This document shows positions 29,444 to 37,517 of a stretch of 64,000 bases of DNA, piece by piece (position 1 is the first letter of the stretch; every line of letters begins with the position of its first letter). The stretch is from Candidatus Dormibacter sp. (lineage in GTDB: Bacteria > Chloroflexota > Dormibacteria > Aeolococcales > Aeolococcaceae). The notes beneath the pieces were generated by a model. It saw nothing but the letters and a program-made list of their open reading frames with translations, did not search any database and was not told where the DNA came from. The DNA lies in NCBI GenBank assembly GCA_039935655.1, contig JBDTJX010000081.1:1437-65436 (forward strand), in the 5' to 3' direction. Made by a program: the position numbers and the translations under genes.

Positions 29444-29926
29444 TCAGCTGCGCTTGCGCGGCGCGCGAGGAGGTGCGAGCGTCGCCACCGGCCGCACCCG
29501 CGGCGGGGGCAGGTCGGCGATCCGGCACGGGATGTCTGCGTCCTCGTTGAGGTGGTAGCTGATGCAGATGCGGTGGTAGCCGTCCGCGACGGTGAGGAGC
29601 CGGTCATGGTCGAGGCCACCGCGCACCAGCAGGACGGGTGAGAGCCGCTCTCCCTTCTTCACCTTCTTGAGGTCCTTGGCCACCTCGGGATCCGTGACGG
29701 GCAACAGCGCCAGGCCACTGGCACGCAGGAGGTCTTTTGCCTTCCTGGTCGTCACAGTCGCCGTCTGCAGGCCGCGCACCAGCGCTCGCACGGTGGACAG
29801 GTCGAAGAGGAGGCTGAGGTAGTCGGAGGCCGCCGGGTAGTCGTGCGCGGCCGGCGAGCTGGTCCACCGTTCCTTCGGCGTCACCACGGTCGATCGACCG
29901 CTGCTGGACCTGTTTCGGGGTGTCAA
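29444..29926 (-). CDS. Small ParB/Srx-fold (ParB N-terminal nuclease domain-like) protein
   Basis: PVLLVRGG...LTVADGYHRICISY...ADIPCRI aligns to the ParB/sulfiredoxin core (PIVVR...GxRRxxA...IP). Convergent with the upstream gene, 1-bp gap. Confidence 0.4.
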   Translation of the reverse strand: MTPRNRSSSGRSTVVTPKERWTSSPAAHDYPAASDYLSLLFDLSTVRALVRGLQTATVTTRKAKDLLRASGLALLPVTDPEVAKDLKKVKKGERLSPVLLVRGGLDHDRLLTVADGYHRICISYHLNEDADIPCRIADLPPPRVRPVATLAPPRAPRKRS

Positions 29927-30657
29927 TGTGGGCCGCTCGAGGACGCGCCCTGGGCTGCAGCCATGGCGGCCGGGTCACCGCCGGGTCCTCGCAGGATGAA
30001 CGCGAACGCAACCGCGAGCAGCGCGCCGATCAGCGGCCCGACGATGTAGAGCCACGTGTGGGTGAGGTCTCCGCGGACCAGGTCCGGCGCCAATGTGCGC
30101 ACAGGGTTCATCGATGCGCCGCTGATCGGGCTCGACCACAGCCCGGCCAGCGCGATGTAGCCGCCGACGGCGAGAGCCGAGAGACCTCCCACGTTCTGCG
30201 CACTCGAGGCGGTGCCGAGGATGACGCTGACCAGGCCCATGGTCAGCACGACCTCGATGAGCATCGCCTGCACGTCGGTGACTGTTGCTGCGGGAACCGT
30301 GGCGCCGAACATGCCCGGGCGGCCGAGGACGGCCCACAGGAACAGGCAGCCGAGCAGGCCTCCGGTCACCTGGCTTGCGATGTACCCGGGCACGCGCACC
30401 CACGGAAACTCCCTGCGCAGGGCGAAAGCAATGCTCACCACCGGGTTGAGATGCGCCCCGCCGATCTTGCCCATGAACAGGATCACGGCCATGACGGTCA
30501 GGCCCGGGACCGTCACTGCGGCCGCCCTCGAGATGGGAACCCCGCTCACCGACATGACCACGCTGCTACCGACGCCGCCGAGGACGAGGAGGAACGTACC
30601 GAGGATCTCCGAGAAGACGCGCCGCCACCAGTGTCTGACGTCGTGGAAGTCGCGCAT
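29923..30657 (-). CDS. aqpZ: Aquaporin (MIP family)
   Basis: Two NPx boxes (HLNPVVS and SMNPVRT) and six TM helices. Start taken at the internal ATG (30655-30657), giving a 245-aa protein; the ORF track starts 56 codons upstream. Confidence 0.8.
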   Translation of the reverse strand: MRDFHDVRHWWRRVFSEILGTFLLVLGGVGSSVVMSVSGVPISRAAAVTVPGLTVMAVILFMGKIGGAHLNPVVSIAFALRREFPWVRVPGYIASQVTGGLLGCLFLWAVLGRPGMFGATVPAATVTDVQAMLIEVVLTMGLVSVILGTASSAQNVGGLSALAVGGYIALAGLWSSPISGASMNPVRTLAPDLVRGDLTHTWLYIVGPLIGALLAVAFAFILRGPGGDPAAMAAAQGASSSGPH

Positions 30658-30818
30658 CCACTCCGGGCTGCCCAGGTATCCGCCCAGCGCGTCGGGGACG
30701 GTGTCCGCTCCGACCCGCGCGGTGTGGCTCACAACCGCGGAGTATGCGCGCGGTTCGCTGGATGCGCAGCGCATCTGCCGCGCCTGGTCACGTAGTCTCC
30801 AAGCAGGAGGCACTTTCA

Positions 30819-31298
30819 ATGGCACTGCTGACCACCGGGGAACCGGCGCCCGACATCAGCGCACGGCGTCGCGATGGAACCACGCTGACTCTGTCATCGC
30901 TGCGGGGCAGATTTGTCCTTGTGTACTTCTATCCCAAGGACGACACACCCGGGTGCACGGCCGAGGCCTGCGCGCTCAACGACAGCCTGGCGGCGCTGAC
31001 CGAGACCGGCGCCGACGTCATCGGTGTCAGCACCGACAGCTGGGAGTCGCACCAGCGCTTCTCGGAGAAGTACGGGCTTGAGTTCGCGCTCGCGTCCGAC
31101 AGCGACCAGCAGATTCGCAGGTCGTACGGCGTCGGCAAGATGTTGGGCGTGCTGCCGATTGTGCAGCGGGTGTCTTTCCTGGTCGGGCCGGATGGACGGA
31201 TCGCCCACGTCTGGGCGCACGTCACGCCCGCGCGGCATGCTGCCGAGGTGCTCGCCGAGGTGCGCCGGCGCACCGAACAAGGCGCCCCGACCAGCTAG
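30819..31298 (+). CDS. bcp: Thiol peroxidase / peroxiredoxin Bcp (1-Cys/atypical 2-Cys Prx)
   Basis: FYPKDDTPGCTAEAC active-site motif. ATG at 30819 with an AGGAGG RBS 7 nt upstream. Divergent from the aquaporin gene. Confidence 0.85.
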   Translation: MALLTTGEPAPDISARRRDGTTLTLSSLRGRFVLVYFYPKDDTPGCTAEACALNDSLAALTETGADVIGVSTDSWESHQRFSEKYGLEFALASDSDQQIRRSYGVGKMLGVLPIVQRVSFLVGPDGRIAHVWAHVTPARHAAEVLAEVRRRTEQGAPTS

Positions 31299-32062
31299 CG
31301 CTTGCGGGCGATCCAGGCTTCCTCGGAGGGCCAGCGCCGTGCCCAGGAGATGTCCACGTAGGGATGCCGCGTTGTTGCACCCTCCGGCGGGCGTATCTCG
31401 ACCAGGTTCTCGACTTCGAACCCATTGGCACGGAGCAGGCGGATCCAGTCTCCGTACCCGAGGTGGAATTCGACGACATTCTCCTCCGTCCATTCGGTGC
31501 GGTGCAGGCCGAAATAGTCGCGATGGAGCACAGTGTCGACGGGCACGTCCTCGTCGTCCTTCTCACACAGTGTCAGGATGGTTCCGTTGGTGTAGAAGAT
31601 CAGCCGGCCGCCGGGGCGAAGCAGACGCGCCGCTTCGGGAATCCACCTGTAGGGATCACACCAGAGCGCGGCGCCGTACTCGCTGATCGCCAGGTCGAAG
31701 CTCGCGTCAGGGAGTGGGACCGTCTCCGCGTTGCCGAGGAGCAGCGGGAAGTCGATGCCGTGCTCGCGCTGTAGCTCGCGCGCGGTGTCCAGCTGCTTGG
31801 GCGAGTTGTCGATGCCGACCGGGCGCGCTCCGCGGCGCGCCAGCCAGGCCGAAACGTACGCAGTGCCGCACCCCAGCTCGATGGTGTCGAGCCCGTCGAC
31901 GTCGGGGAGAAGCTGGAGGTCGGCCTCCGGCACATGCCAGATGCCCCACCACGGCTCGGCGGCTGCCCATGCCCTGCGTCCCGGCTCGATGTACTCGACC
32001 GACTTGACGTCCCACGCCGCCCGGTTGAGCGCGACGTGGTCGCCGGGCGGCTCGTTGTTCAC
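31295..32062 (-). CDS. Class I SAM-dependent methyltransferase
   Basis: Motif I ELGCGTAYVSAWLA and a post-I acidic residue (PVGIDNS). Confidence 0.75.
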   Translation of the reverse strand: MNNEPPGDHVALNRAAWDVKSVEYIEPGRRAWAAAEPWWGIWHVPEADLQLLPDVDGLDTIELGCGTAYVSAWLARRGARPVGIDNSPKQLDTARELQREHGIDFPLLLGNAETVPLPDASFDLAISEYGAALWCDPYRWIPEAARLLRPGGRLIFYTNGTILTLCEKDDEDVPVDTVLHRDYFGLHRTEWTEENVVEFHLGYGDWIRLLRANGFEVENLVEIRPPEGATTRHPYVDISWARRWPSEEAWIARKR

Positions 32063-32085
32063 ATGGCCGACTGTAATGTCGCGTC

Positions 32086-32586
32086 ATGGAACCGCGCACG
32101 CGTGGCAGACGTGGTCGAGCGCAAACGGTATCGAGCTGGTGGGGCTCGCTGGACGCGCAGGACAACCGGACGCTGCGTGCGACGCACCTGCTGCCGACAA
32201 TGCTTCTCCTGGCTGCGGGTGTCATTGCAATGGCGATGCCGCTGCCCTGGCACCACCTTGTCGTGCCGGCAGACGTGGATTCGGGGCCCCCCACGACCCA
32301 GGTGCTCAACGGTCTCACAACCGGCAGTTGGCTGCTCGTGGTTGCTGGCGTCGACCTTGCGCTGTCGATCCGGACGTACGTGGTCGCGTCCACTGCCGGC
32401 GTCAAATGGACGCTCACAGCTCTCGGCTTCGTCAGCGTGATGGCGATGTTCGGCGACTACATCGACTGGAGCCTGCGCGGCTCGCTCACCGTGAAGCCCT
32501 ACTACGGGCCGGGATTCTTCCTCGGGCTCGGCGCCGCCGTGCTGACGGCGGGGGCGGCCGCCCTCGCCTGGCGCGTCCCGGACTGA
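32086..32586 (+). CDS. Hypothetical integral membrane protein
   Basis: Four predicted TM segments; no recognised family. Confidence 0.4.
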   Translation: MEPRTRGRRGRAQTVSSWWGSLDAQDNRTLRATHLLPTMLLLAAGVIAMAMPLPWHHLVVPADVDSGPPTTQVLNGLTTGSWLLVVAGVDLALSIRTYVVASTAGVKWTLTALGFVSVMAMFGDYIDWSLRGSLTVKPYYGPGFFLGLGAAVLTAGAAALAWRVPD

Positions 32587-32782
32587 ACCCCGGCGGCGCC
32601 TAATCGCGGCGATTGAAACGTTTCGCCGACGCGCGGAACAGGTCTGGGCCATGGGTGTCACAGGACGGCGGCCCCTGGACAGCACCCGGTCCGGAGCCGA
32701 TTAAAGTCGGCCCCTGCCGGGAGAGCGACGGTCGGACCCATGGAGAACTGACATGGCACGGAAGCAGCACGCGCGATCCTGG

Positions 32783-33334
32783 ATGCGCGCGACGAGGCAC
32801 GCGCAGACCCAGAAGCTCGTCGTCATCGCAGCGGTCCTGGCCGCCACTGTGGGCGCCGGCACCGACGTCATGGTCGCTTCGGCCGCCGGTCAGGCGGCGT
32901 CGGTCCGGGGCGCGCAGTCCGCTACCTCGAATACGGCTGCAGCGGCTGCCGCCAGCGTCTTTGCCGCCATCAACCACAGCCGCGCCGTCGCCCACCTGCC
33001 CGCTGTGTGGTTGGGCGGGAGACTCGTCAACGACGCCCATGCGCACAACCTCGCCATGGCAGCGGCCAACCAGCTGTCACATCAGTTGCCTGGAGAGCCG
33101 TCGCTGGGCGCACGCGCCAGCCGACTGGGCGTGACGTGGTCCTGGCTGGGCGAGAACGTCGGGGAGTCGCCCTCCCTGTCCTCGGCCGGCGCTCTCTACC
33201 TGGAGGGGATGATGATGAACAGCGCAGGGCATCGAGCCAACATCCTGTCGACTCGCTTCAGCCGCGTCGGTGTCGACGTGGTCTACGACAGCGTCCATCA
33301 CACGCTCTGGCTGACCGAGGACTTCGCCAACTGA
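32783..33334 (+). CDS. Secreted/membrane-anchored CAP (SCP/PR-1, YkwD-like) domain protein, paralog 1
   Basis: N-terminal anchor (MRATRHAQTQKLVVIAAVLAA) followed by CAP signatures (GHRANIL, WLGENVGES). Start chosen by N-terminal alignment with paralog 2. Confidence 0.65.
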   Translation: MRATRHAQTQKLVVIAAVLAATVGAGTDVMVASAAGQAASVRGAQSATSNTAAAAAASVFAAINHSRAVAHLPAVWLGGRLVNDAHAHNLAMAAANQLSHQLPGEPSLGARASRLGVTWSWLGENVGESPSLSSAGALYLEGMMMNSAGHRANILSTRFSRVGVDVVYDSVHHTLWLTEDFAN

Positions 33335-33439
33335 GCCGGATCGGGGCCGCTAGGATCTCCCCCTGGCGCGTTGCAGGGGGACGGCTTGAGGCGTTGTAAG
33401 CCGCGGATGCGGCCAGCTGGCGGAGGGGCCCGGGCCCGG

Positions 33440-34153
33440 ATGCGGGCGAAGGCGCCCACTGACGCGCAGACCCTCGTCATCATCGCGATCCTCGCGAGTG
33501 TTGGGGTCGGTAGCGTCGTCACAGCCATATCGCCGCCTCCGCTCCCCGGGGCCCTGGTATCGACCATGGCCCCCGAACCGGTGGGGGCGACGTGGCGGCA
33601 CCTGCGGGTCCCGGCGCTCCCGTCGCCGTCCCTCACGGCGCCAGCGGCCGCAGCAGCGCCCCGACGCCCGGCGCCTCCCGCGCCGCCAGTCCCGCGGCGG
33701 GTCGTCGGGCCGTCACCGACCCACGCGCCGCCACCCCCGCCGCCGCCCATTGACTCGTCGTCAGCCGCCGGCGCGGTGTTTGCGGCAATCAACCAGAGCC
33801 GGGCGGCGGTCGGTCTCCCCGCTCTGCGATGGAGTGGGGGACTCAGCCGCAGCGCTCACCTGCACAACCTGGCGATGGCGGCGGCGGACCATCTGTCGCA
33901 CCAGCTGCCCGGCGAGACGTCACTCGGCACCCGTGTCAGTCAGCAGGGCGTGTCCTGGTCTTGGGTGGCGGAGAACATCGGGGAATCGCCCTCACTGTCG
34001 ATAGGGGGCACACTCGGCCTGGAGCAGCTGATGATGGGAGACGCCGGCCATCGGGACAACATCCTGGCGCCTTCCGCGTCCATCGTCGGCGTCGACGTCG
34101 TCTACGACGCCGTCCACCAGTGGCTCTGGCTCACCCAGGACTTCGCCAACTAG
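33440..34153 (+). CDS. CAP (SCP/PR-1-like) domain protein with Pro-rich linker, paralog 2
   Basis: N-terminal anchor (MRAKAPTDAQTLVIIAILAS), Pro-rich linker (PAPPAPPVPRR...PPPPPPP), CAP signatures (GHRDNIL, WVAENIGES). Same C-terminal ...TEDFAN/...TQDFAN ending as paralog 1. Confidence 0.65.
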   Translation: MRAKAPTDAQTLVIIAILASVGVGSVVTAISPPPLPGALVSTMAPEPVGATWRHLRVPALPSPSLTAPAAAAAPRRPAPPAPPVPRRVVGPSPTHAPPPPPPPIDSSSAAGAVFAAINQSRAAVGLPALRWSGGLSRSAHLHNLAMAAADHLSHQLPGETSLGTRVSQQGVSWSWVAENIGESPSLSIGGTLGLEQLMMGDAGHRDNILAPSASIVGVDVVYDAVHQWLWLTQDFAN

Positions 34154-34171
34154 GCTCGGCTCGAAGCCGAC

Positions 34172-34513
34172 CTACGGCCGAGGCCCATCCACGGCTCGCT
34201 TTTCGTGGATCTCGCTGCGTTCGGCGCGCTCGATACCGATTAGGTCGTTGCGCGTGGGACTGACCGCGCGGATGAGCTCGTCGAGCTTCGCCTGCATGGC
34301 CTCGTCGTCTTTGCTCTGCGTGTGTTGGACGCAGAAAATCATGAGGAACGTGACCAGCGCCGTCGCAGTCTGCATCGATGTCTGCCATCGATCGGCAAAG
34401 TGGACGAAGGGACCCACAATCGCCCAGACCAACACGCTTGATGCTGCGATCACCACGGCCAGGGGGTGGCCCAGGACATCGTTGATGCGATCGATTCGTG
34501 CGCTCACGGGCAT
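34172..34513 (-). CDS. Low-affinity iron permease family (PF04120-like) small membrane protein
   Basis: Matches the conserved ...TFLMIFCVQHTQSKDDEAMQAKLDELIRAV... core of the family. Confidence 0.55.
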   Translation of the reverse strand: MPVSARIDRINDVLGHPLAVVIAASSVLVWAIVGPFVHFADRWQTSMQTATALVTFLMIFCVQHTQSKDDEAMQAKLDELIRAVSPTRNDLIGIERAERSEIHEKRAVDGPRP

Positions 34514-34573
34514 GCCCTCTGTTGGAGTGTGGGTGCTTGCGGCTCCGGCGATAGGCCGCTAGAATCGCGGCCG

Positions 34574-34816
34574 ATGTTGACTGGGGTGGTCTGTCCTGGG
34601 TGCCGCAACGGTCGTGTCATCCCCCTCACGGCAGGTGCCCCACCGCGCCTGGCGGCTCCTCAGGGCTGGTTCGGGGCTGCGCGGAGGTATCCAGCGTACA
34701 AGTGCGTGACATGTGGACACAGGTTCCCACCGACCAGCGCGGCGTCCCACGCCGAGCTGCCGACGGCGCGAGCCGCAGCGCTGCGGTCGCTGCTCAGCCT
34801 GCGCCTGCCGGGCTGA
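34574..34816 (+). CDS. Small zinc-ribbon protein (80 aa)
   Basis: CPGC...(37 aa)...CVTCGH is a four-Cys ribbon. Start taken at ATG 34574 to avoid overlap with the convergent gene. Confidence 0.3.
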   Translation: MLTGVVCPGCRNGRVIPLTAGAPPRLAAPQGWFGAARRYPAYKCVTCGHRFPPTSAASHAELPTARAAALRSLLSLRLPG

Positions 34817-34934
34817 GCAGCGGAGCTTCCAACAAGTAGGGTACTGAGAGTGGCCGACACCTCTGGGGGCAGCGACTCCACGCCGACCCACAACGATGCC
34901 GTCGACCCTCACTCTGTGGCTCCCTTGGGAAACG

Positions 34935-35168
34935 TCATCGATCGTGTGTAGGTGTGGCCGCCTCCGAGGCGCGCTGCGGTGCGCAGTCCGATGCCGGTTG
35001 CTCCCCACTGGACGGAAAAGCTGTCGGCCGGCGGTGGCGGGCCGCTGATGGTGAGCCGGAGCGTGATCGTGAATAGCTTCGGGTCTGCGCGCCGACCGTC
35101 GAAGCTGTCAGCGCCAGAGCCACGAGGACCAAACTGCAGGCGATGCCAAGACTGGCGAGCCGTTTCAT
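34935..35168 (-). CDS. Small secreted/lipoprotein-like peptide (77 aa) abutting attR
   Basis: ATG with GAGGT RBS 6 nt upstream and a signal-peptide-like N-terminus (MKRLASLGIACSLVLVALALTAS). Confidence 0.3.
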   Translation of the reverse strand: MKRLASLGIACSLVLVALALTASTVGAQTRSYSRSRSGSPSAARHRRPTAFPSSGEQPASDCAPQRASEAATPTHDR

Positions 35169-35220
35169 GGTCGTACCTCAGCCGCCGGACGCCTGACAGG
35201 GGCGCGTCGCGGTGGCACGC

Positions 35221-35259
<39 letters not shown>

Positions 35260-35862
35260 TCTCCTGCTCAGCGTAGCCGTTTTGTATTCGGGAAGCGCGC
35301 ACCACAACAGGCAGGGGTCAGGGTCAGCGTTTTCAGGGCCTCCTGGGCGCTCTCAGTGGCACGCGTTCGGTCTATGCGGCGTGGTCGGCGCGGTTCCATG
35401 GCTTTGCCTGACGCCGGCGGGGAGCACTTGGCGCAGAGGACCCCGTCCCTGGCGCAGGTGAGCAGCGTCGCGATCCCGTCGCACCGAGGACACCGTGAGC
35501 GCCGCAGCCCGGCGGGCAGAGCCGGGACGGACGACACGCGGTGATGGCTCGCTGTACCGCGTGCCGATTCTGTCGTCCAAGCAGTCGGAAAGGCGGTGCG
35601 CTGGCCACCCGCGGACGTGACGAACGCCCCTTTTTCTTCCAGCGCAACCGCCATCCGCGATTGACATCCTGCGATGCTCAGCGCCTGGCCGCCCAGCACG
35701 CCAGCGCCGCATTTGGCTAGTGGTGGCGCACCCACTGGCTTCGGCGCCCGCAACGTGGGGGTCGGCTCTGACGCACGGATAGCAAATCTGCTAGCGTCGC
35801 GGGCCTCTCGTGGCTCGCTGCTTGGCGAGCACGACCAGGTGCTTTGATACGGGAGGAGCAGC

Positions 35863-37344
35863 GTGCGCCGGCAGACAATCCTCGCAACAGGGGCGTTCGC
35901 GATCCTCGTCGGCTTGGCCCTGCCCAGCCGGAGTGCTGTTGCGGCGAACCATCCCACCTCGGCGGCCAGCAGCTCCTTCGGAGCTCCAACGAAGTGGTCG
36001 TCGACCCCGTTCCTCGGCAGCCAGGCGACCCTAGGGGGCGACGTCAACCACGACGGCAGCGCGGACCTGGTCGCGGTGAACAACAGCAGCACCTTGGTGA
36101 TGCTGTCCAACGGTTCGTCCTTCGGAGCTCCGACGCGGTGGTCGTCGACTCCCTTCTTCGGCAACGTGGCGACCCTGCTGGCCGACGTCAACCACGACGG
36201 CAACGCGGACCTGGTCGCCGTGAATAACGACGGCACCTGGGTGATGACGTCCAACGGTTCGTCCTTCGGATCTCCGAGGGAGTGGTCGTCGAGCCCCTTC
36301 TTCGGCAGCAAGACGACCCTGCTGGGCGACGTCAACCACGACGGCAACGCGGACCTGGTCGCGGTGAACGGCGACAGCACCTGGGTGATGCTGTCCAACG
36401 GCTCGTCCTTCGGCGCGCCGACGAAGTGGTCCTCGACCCCCTTCCTCGGCAACGTGGCGACCCTGCTTGCCGACGTCAACAACGACGGCAACGCAGACCT
36501 GGTCGCCGTGAACCACGACAGCACCTGGGTGATGACGTCCAACGGTTCGTCATTCGCAGCTCCAGCGGTGTGGTCGTCCAACCCCTTCTTCGGCTCCAAG
36601 GCGACGCTGCTCGACGACGTCAATAGCGACGGCAACGCGGACCTGGTCGCCGTGAACAACGACAGCACCTGGGTGATGCTGTCCACAGGGGCAGCAGCGG
36701 CACTCGCCGTACAACAGACCGACGCGGCCGCAAACGCCAGCGCCGGCACAAGCTTCACTCTCGGTGGGATCACCGCGACAGCAGCCCACCAGTTGCTCGT
36801 TGCCGACATCATCATGAGGACGGCCGCGCCTCCCTCGACTGCGGTCGCCACCTTCACCGACAACGCGGGCAACACTTGGCACAAGGCGGTCGCGGACAAC
36901 CCCGCCGGCGTGGCGATGTCGGGGGAGATCTGGTACGCGTTCAACGCAACGGGCGGAGTCACCTCTGTCACCGCAACCACTGCGGCCAGCAGCGGAATCA
37001 TCATCCGTTTCTACGAGATCAACGGCGCGACCACGACGGATCCTCTGGACAAGGTCGTGACCGCTACCGGCGCGTCAACGGCGCCGAACAGCGGTGCGAC
37101 GGCGGCGACGTCGCAGGCGAGTGAGGTCGCCATCGGCTCCATTGGCTGGGCGACTTCGGTGACCACGATCTCCGCTCTGACGGGGGGCTTTACGACGGAC
37201 GCGACCGTCGTCAACACCTCGGCGGGCGTCGACAGCAACGAGCAGGACGGGCACCAGGTCACGAGCGCGACGGGCACGCTCGACTTCGCCGGGACCCTGA
37301 GCGCATCCCATGCATGGGTGGCGTCGATCGCCACGTTCAAGTGA
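35863..37344 (+). CDS. Secreted FG-GAP/beta-propeller repeat protein with an Ala/Thr/Ser-rich C-terminal domain of unknown function
   Basis: GTG start with a GGAGG RBS and signal peptide (MRRQTILATGAFAILVGLALPSRSAVAA). Five 48-aa repeats (FGAPTxWSSTPFxG..TLLxDVNxDGNADLVAVN...) then a ~200-aa Thr/Ala/Ser-rich segment. Confidence 0.7.
   Translation: MRRQTILATGAFAILVGLALPSRSAVAANHPTSAASSSFGAPTKWSSTPFLGSQATLGGDVNHDGSADLVAVNNSSTLVMLSNGSSFGAPTRWSSTPFFGNVATLLADVNHDGNADLVAVNNDGTWVMTSNGSSFGSPREWSSSPFFGSKTTLLGDVNHDGNADLVAVNGDSTWVMLSNGSSFGAPTKWSSTPFLGNVATLLADVNNDGNADLVAVNHDSTWVMTSNGSSFAAPAVWSSNPFFGSKATLLDDVNSDGNADLVAVNNDSTWVMLSTGAAAALAVQQTDAAANASAGTSFTLGGITATAAHQLLVADIIMRTAAPPSTAVATFTDNAGNTWHKAVADNPAGVAMSGEIWYAFNATGGVTSVTATTAASSGIIIRFYEINGATTTDPLDKVVTATGASTAPNSGATAATSQASEVAIGSIGWATSVTTISALTGGFTTDATVVNTSAGVDSNEQDGHQVTSATGTLDFAGTLSASHAWVASIATFK
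35977..36696 (+). repeat. Five tandem 144-bp near-identical coding repeats (FG-GAP units)
   Basis: Repeat units begin at 35977, 36121, 36265, 36409 and 36553 with high nucleotide identity, e.g. recurring gacgtcaaccacgacggcaacgcggacctggtcgc. Confidence 0.8.
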
Positions 37345-37346
37345 GG

Positions 37347-37369
37347 GACCGGCAACCATAAAGCCGGTC
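37347..37369 (+). terminator. Possible hairpin (7-bp stem GACCGGC/GCCGGTC, 9-nt loop) 3 nt after the FG-GAP gene stop
   Basis: Inverted repeat seen directly; no U-tract. Confidence 0.25.
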
Positions 37370-37517
37370 AGGCCATCCCGTCCCGCGTGGGCCGGGGTGG
37401 CCTGGCACCCGCCAGGTAGGCTGCGGAGCCAGCCCTACGCCCTCCCCGTCGCCGGCTTCGACCGGCGCTTCCAGACGCCACCACTCTGTACGCACGGCAC
37501 GCGATGGTGGCCTCCAG

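Noticed and set aside
35268-37004. 578-aa minus-strand ORF covering the FG-GAP gene
   Set aside because: Antisense to a gene with clear repeats, signal peptide and RBS. Open antisense frames are expected at ~70% GC and with tandem-repeat codons.
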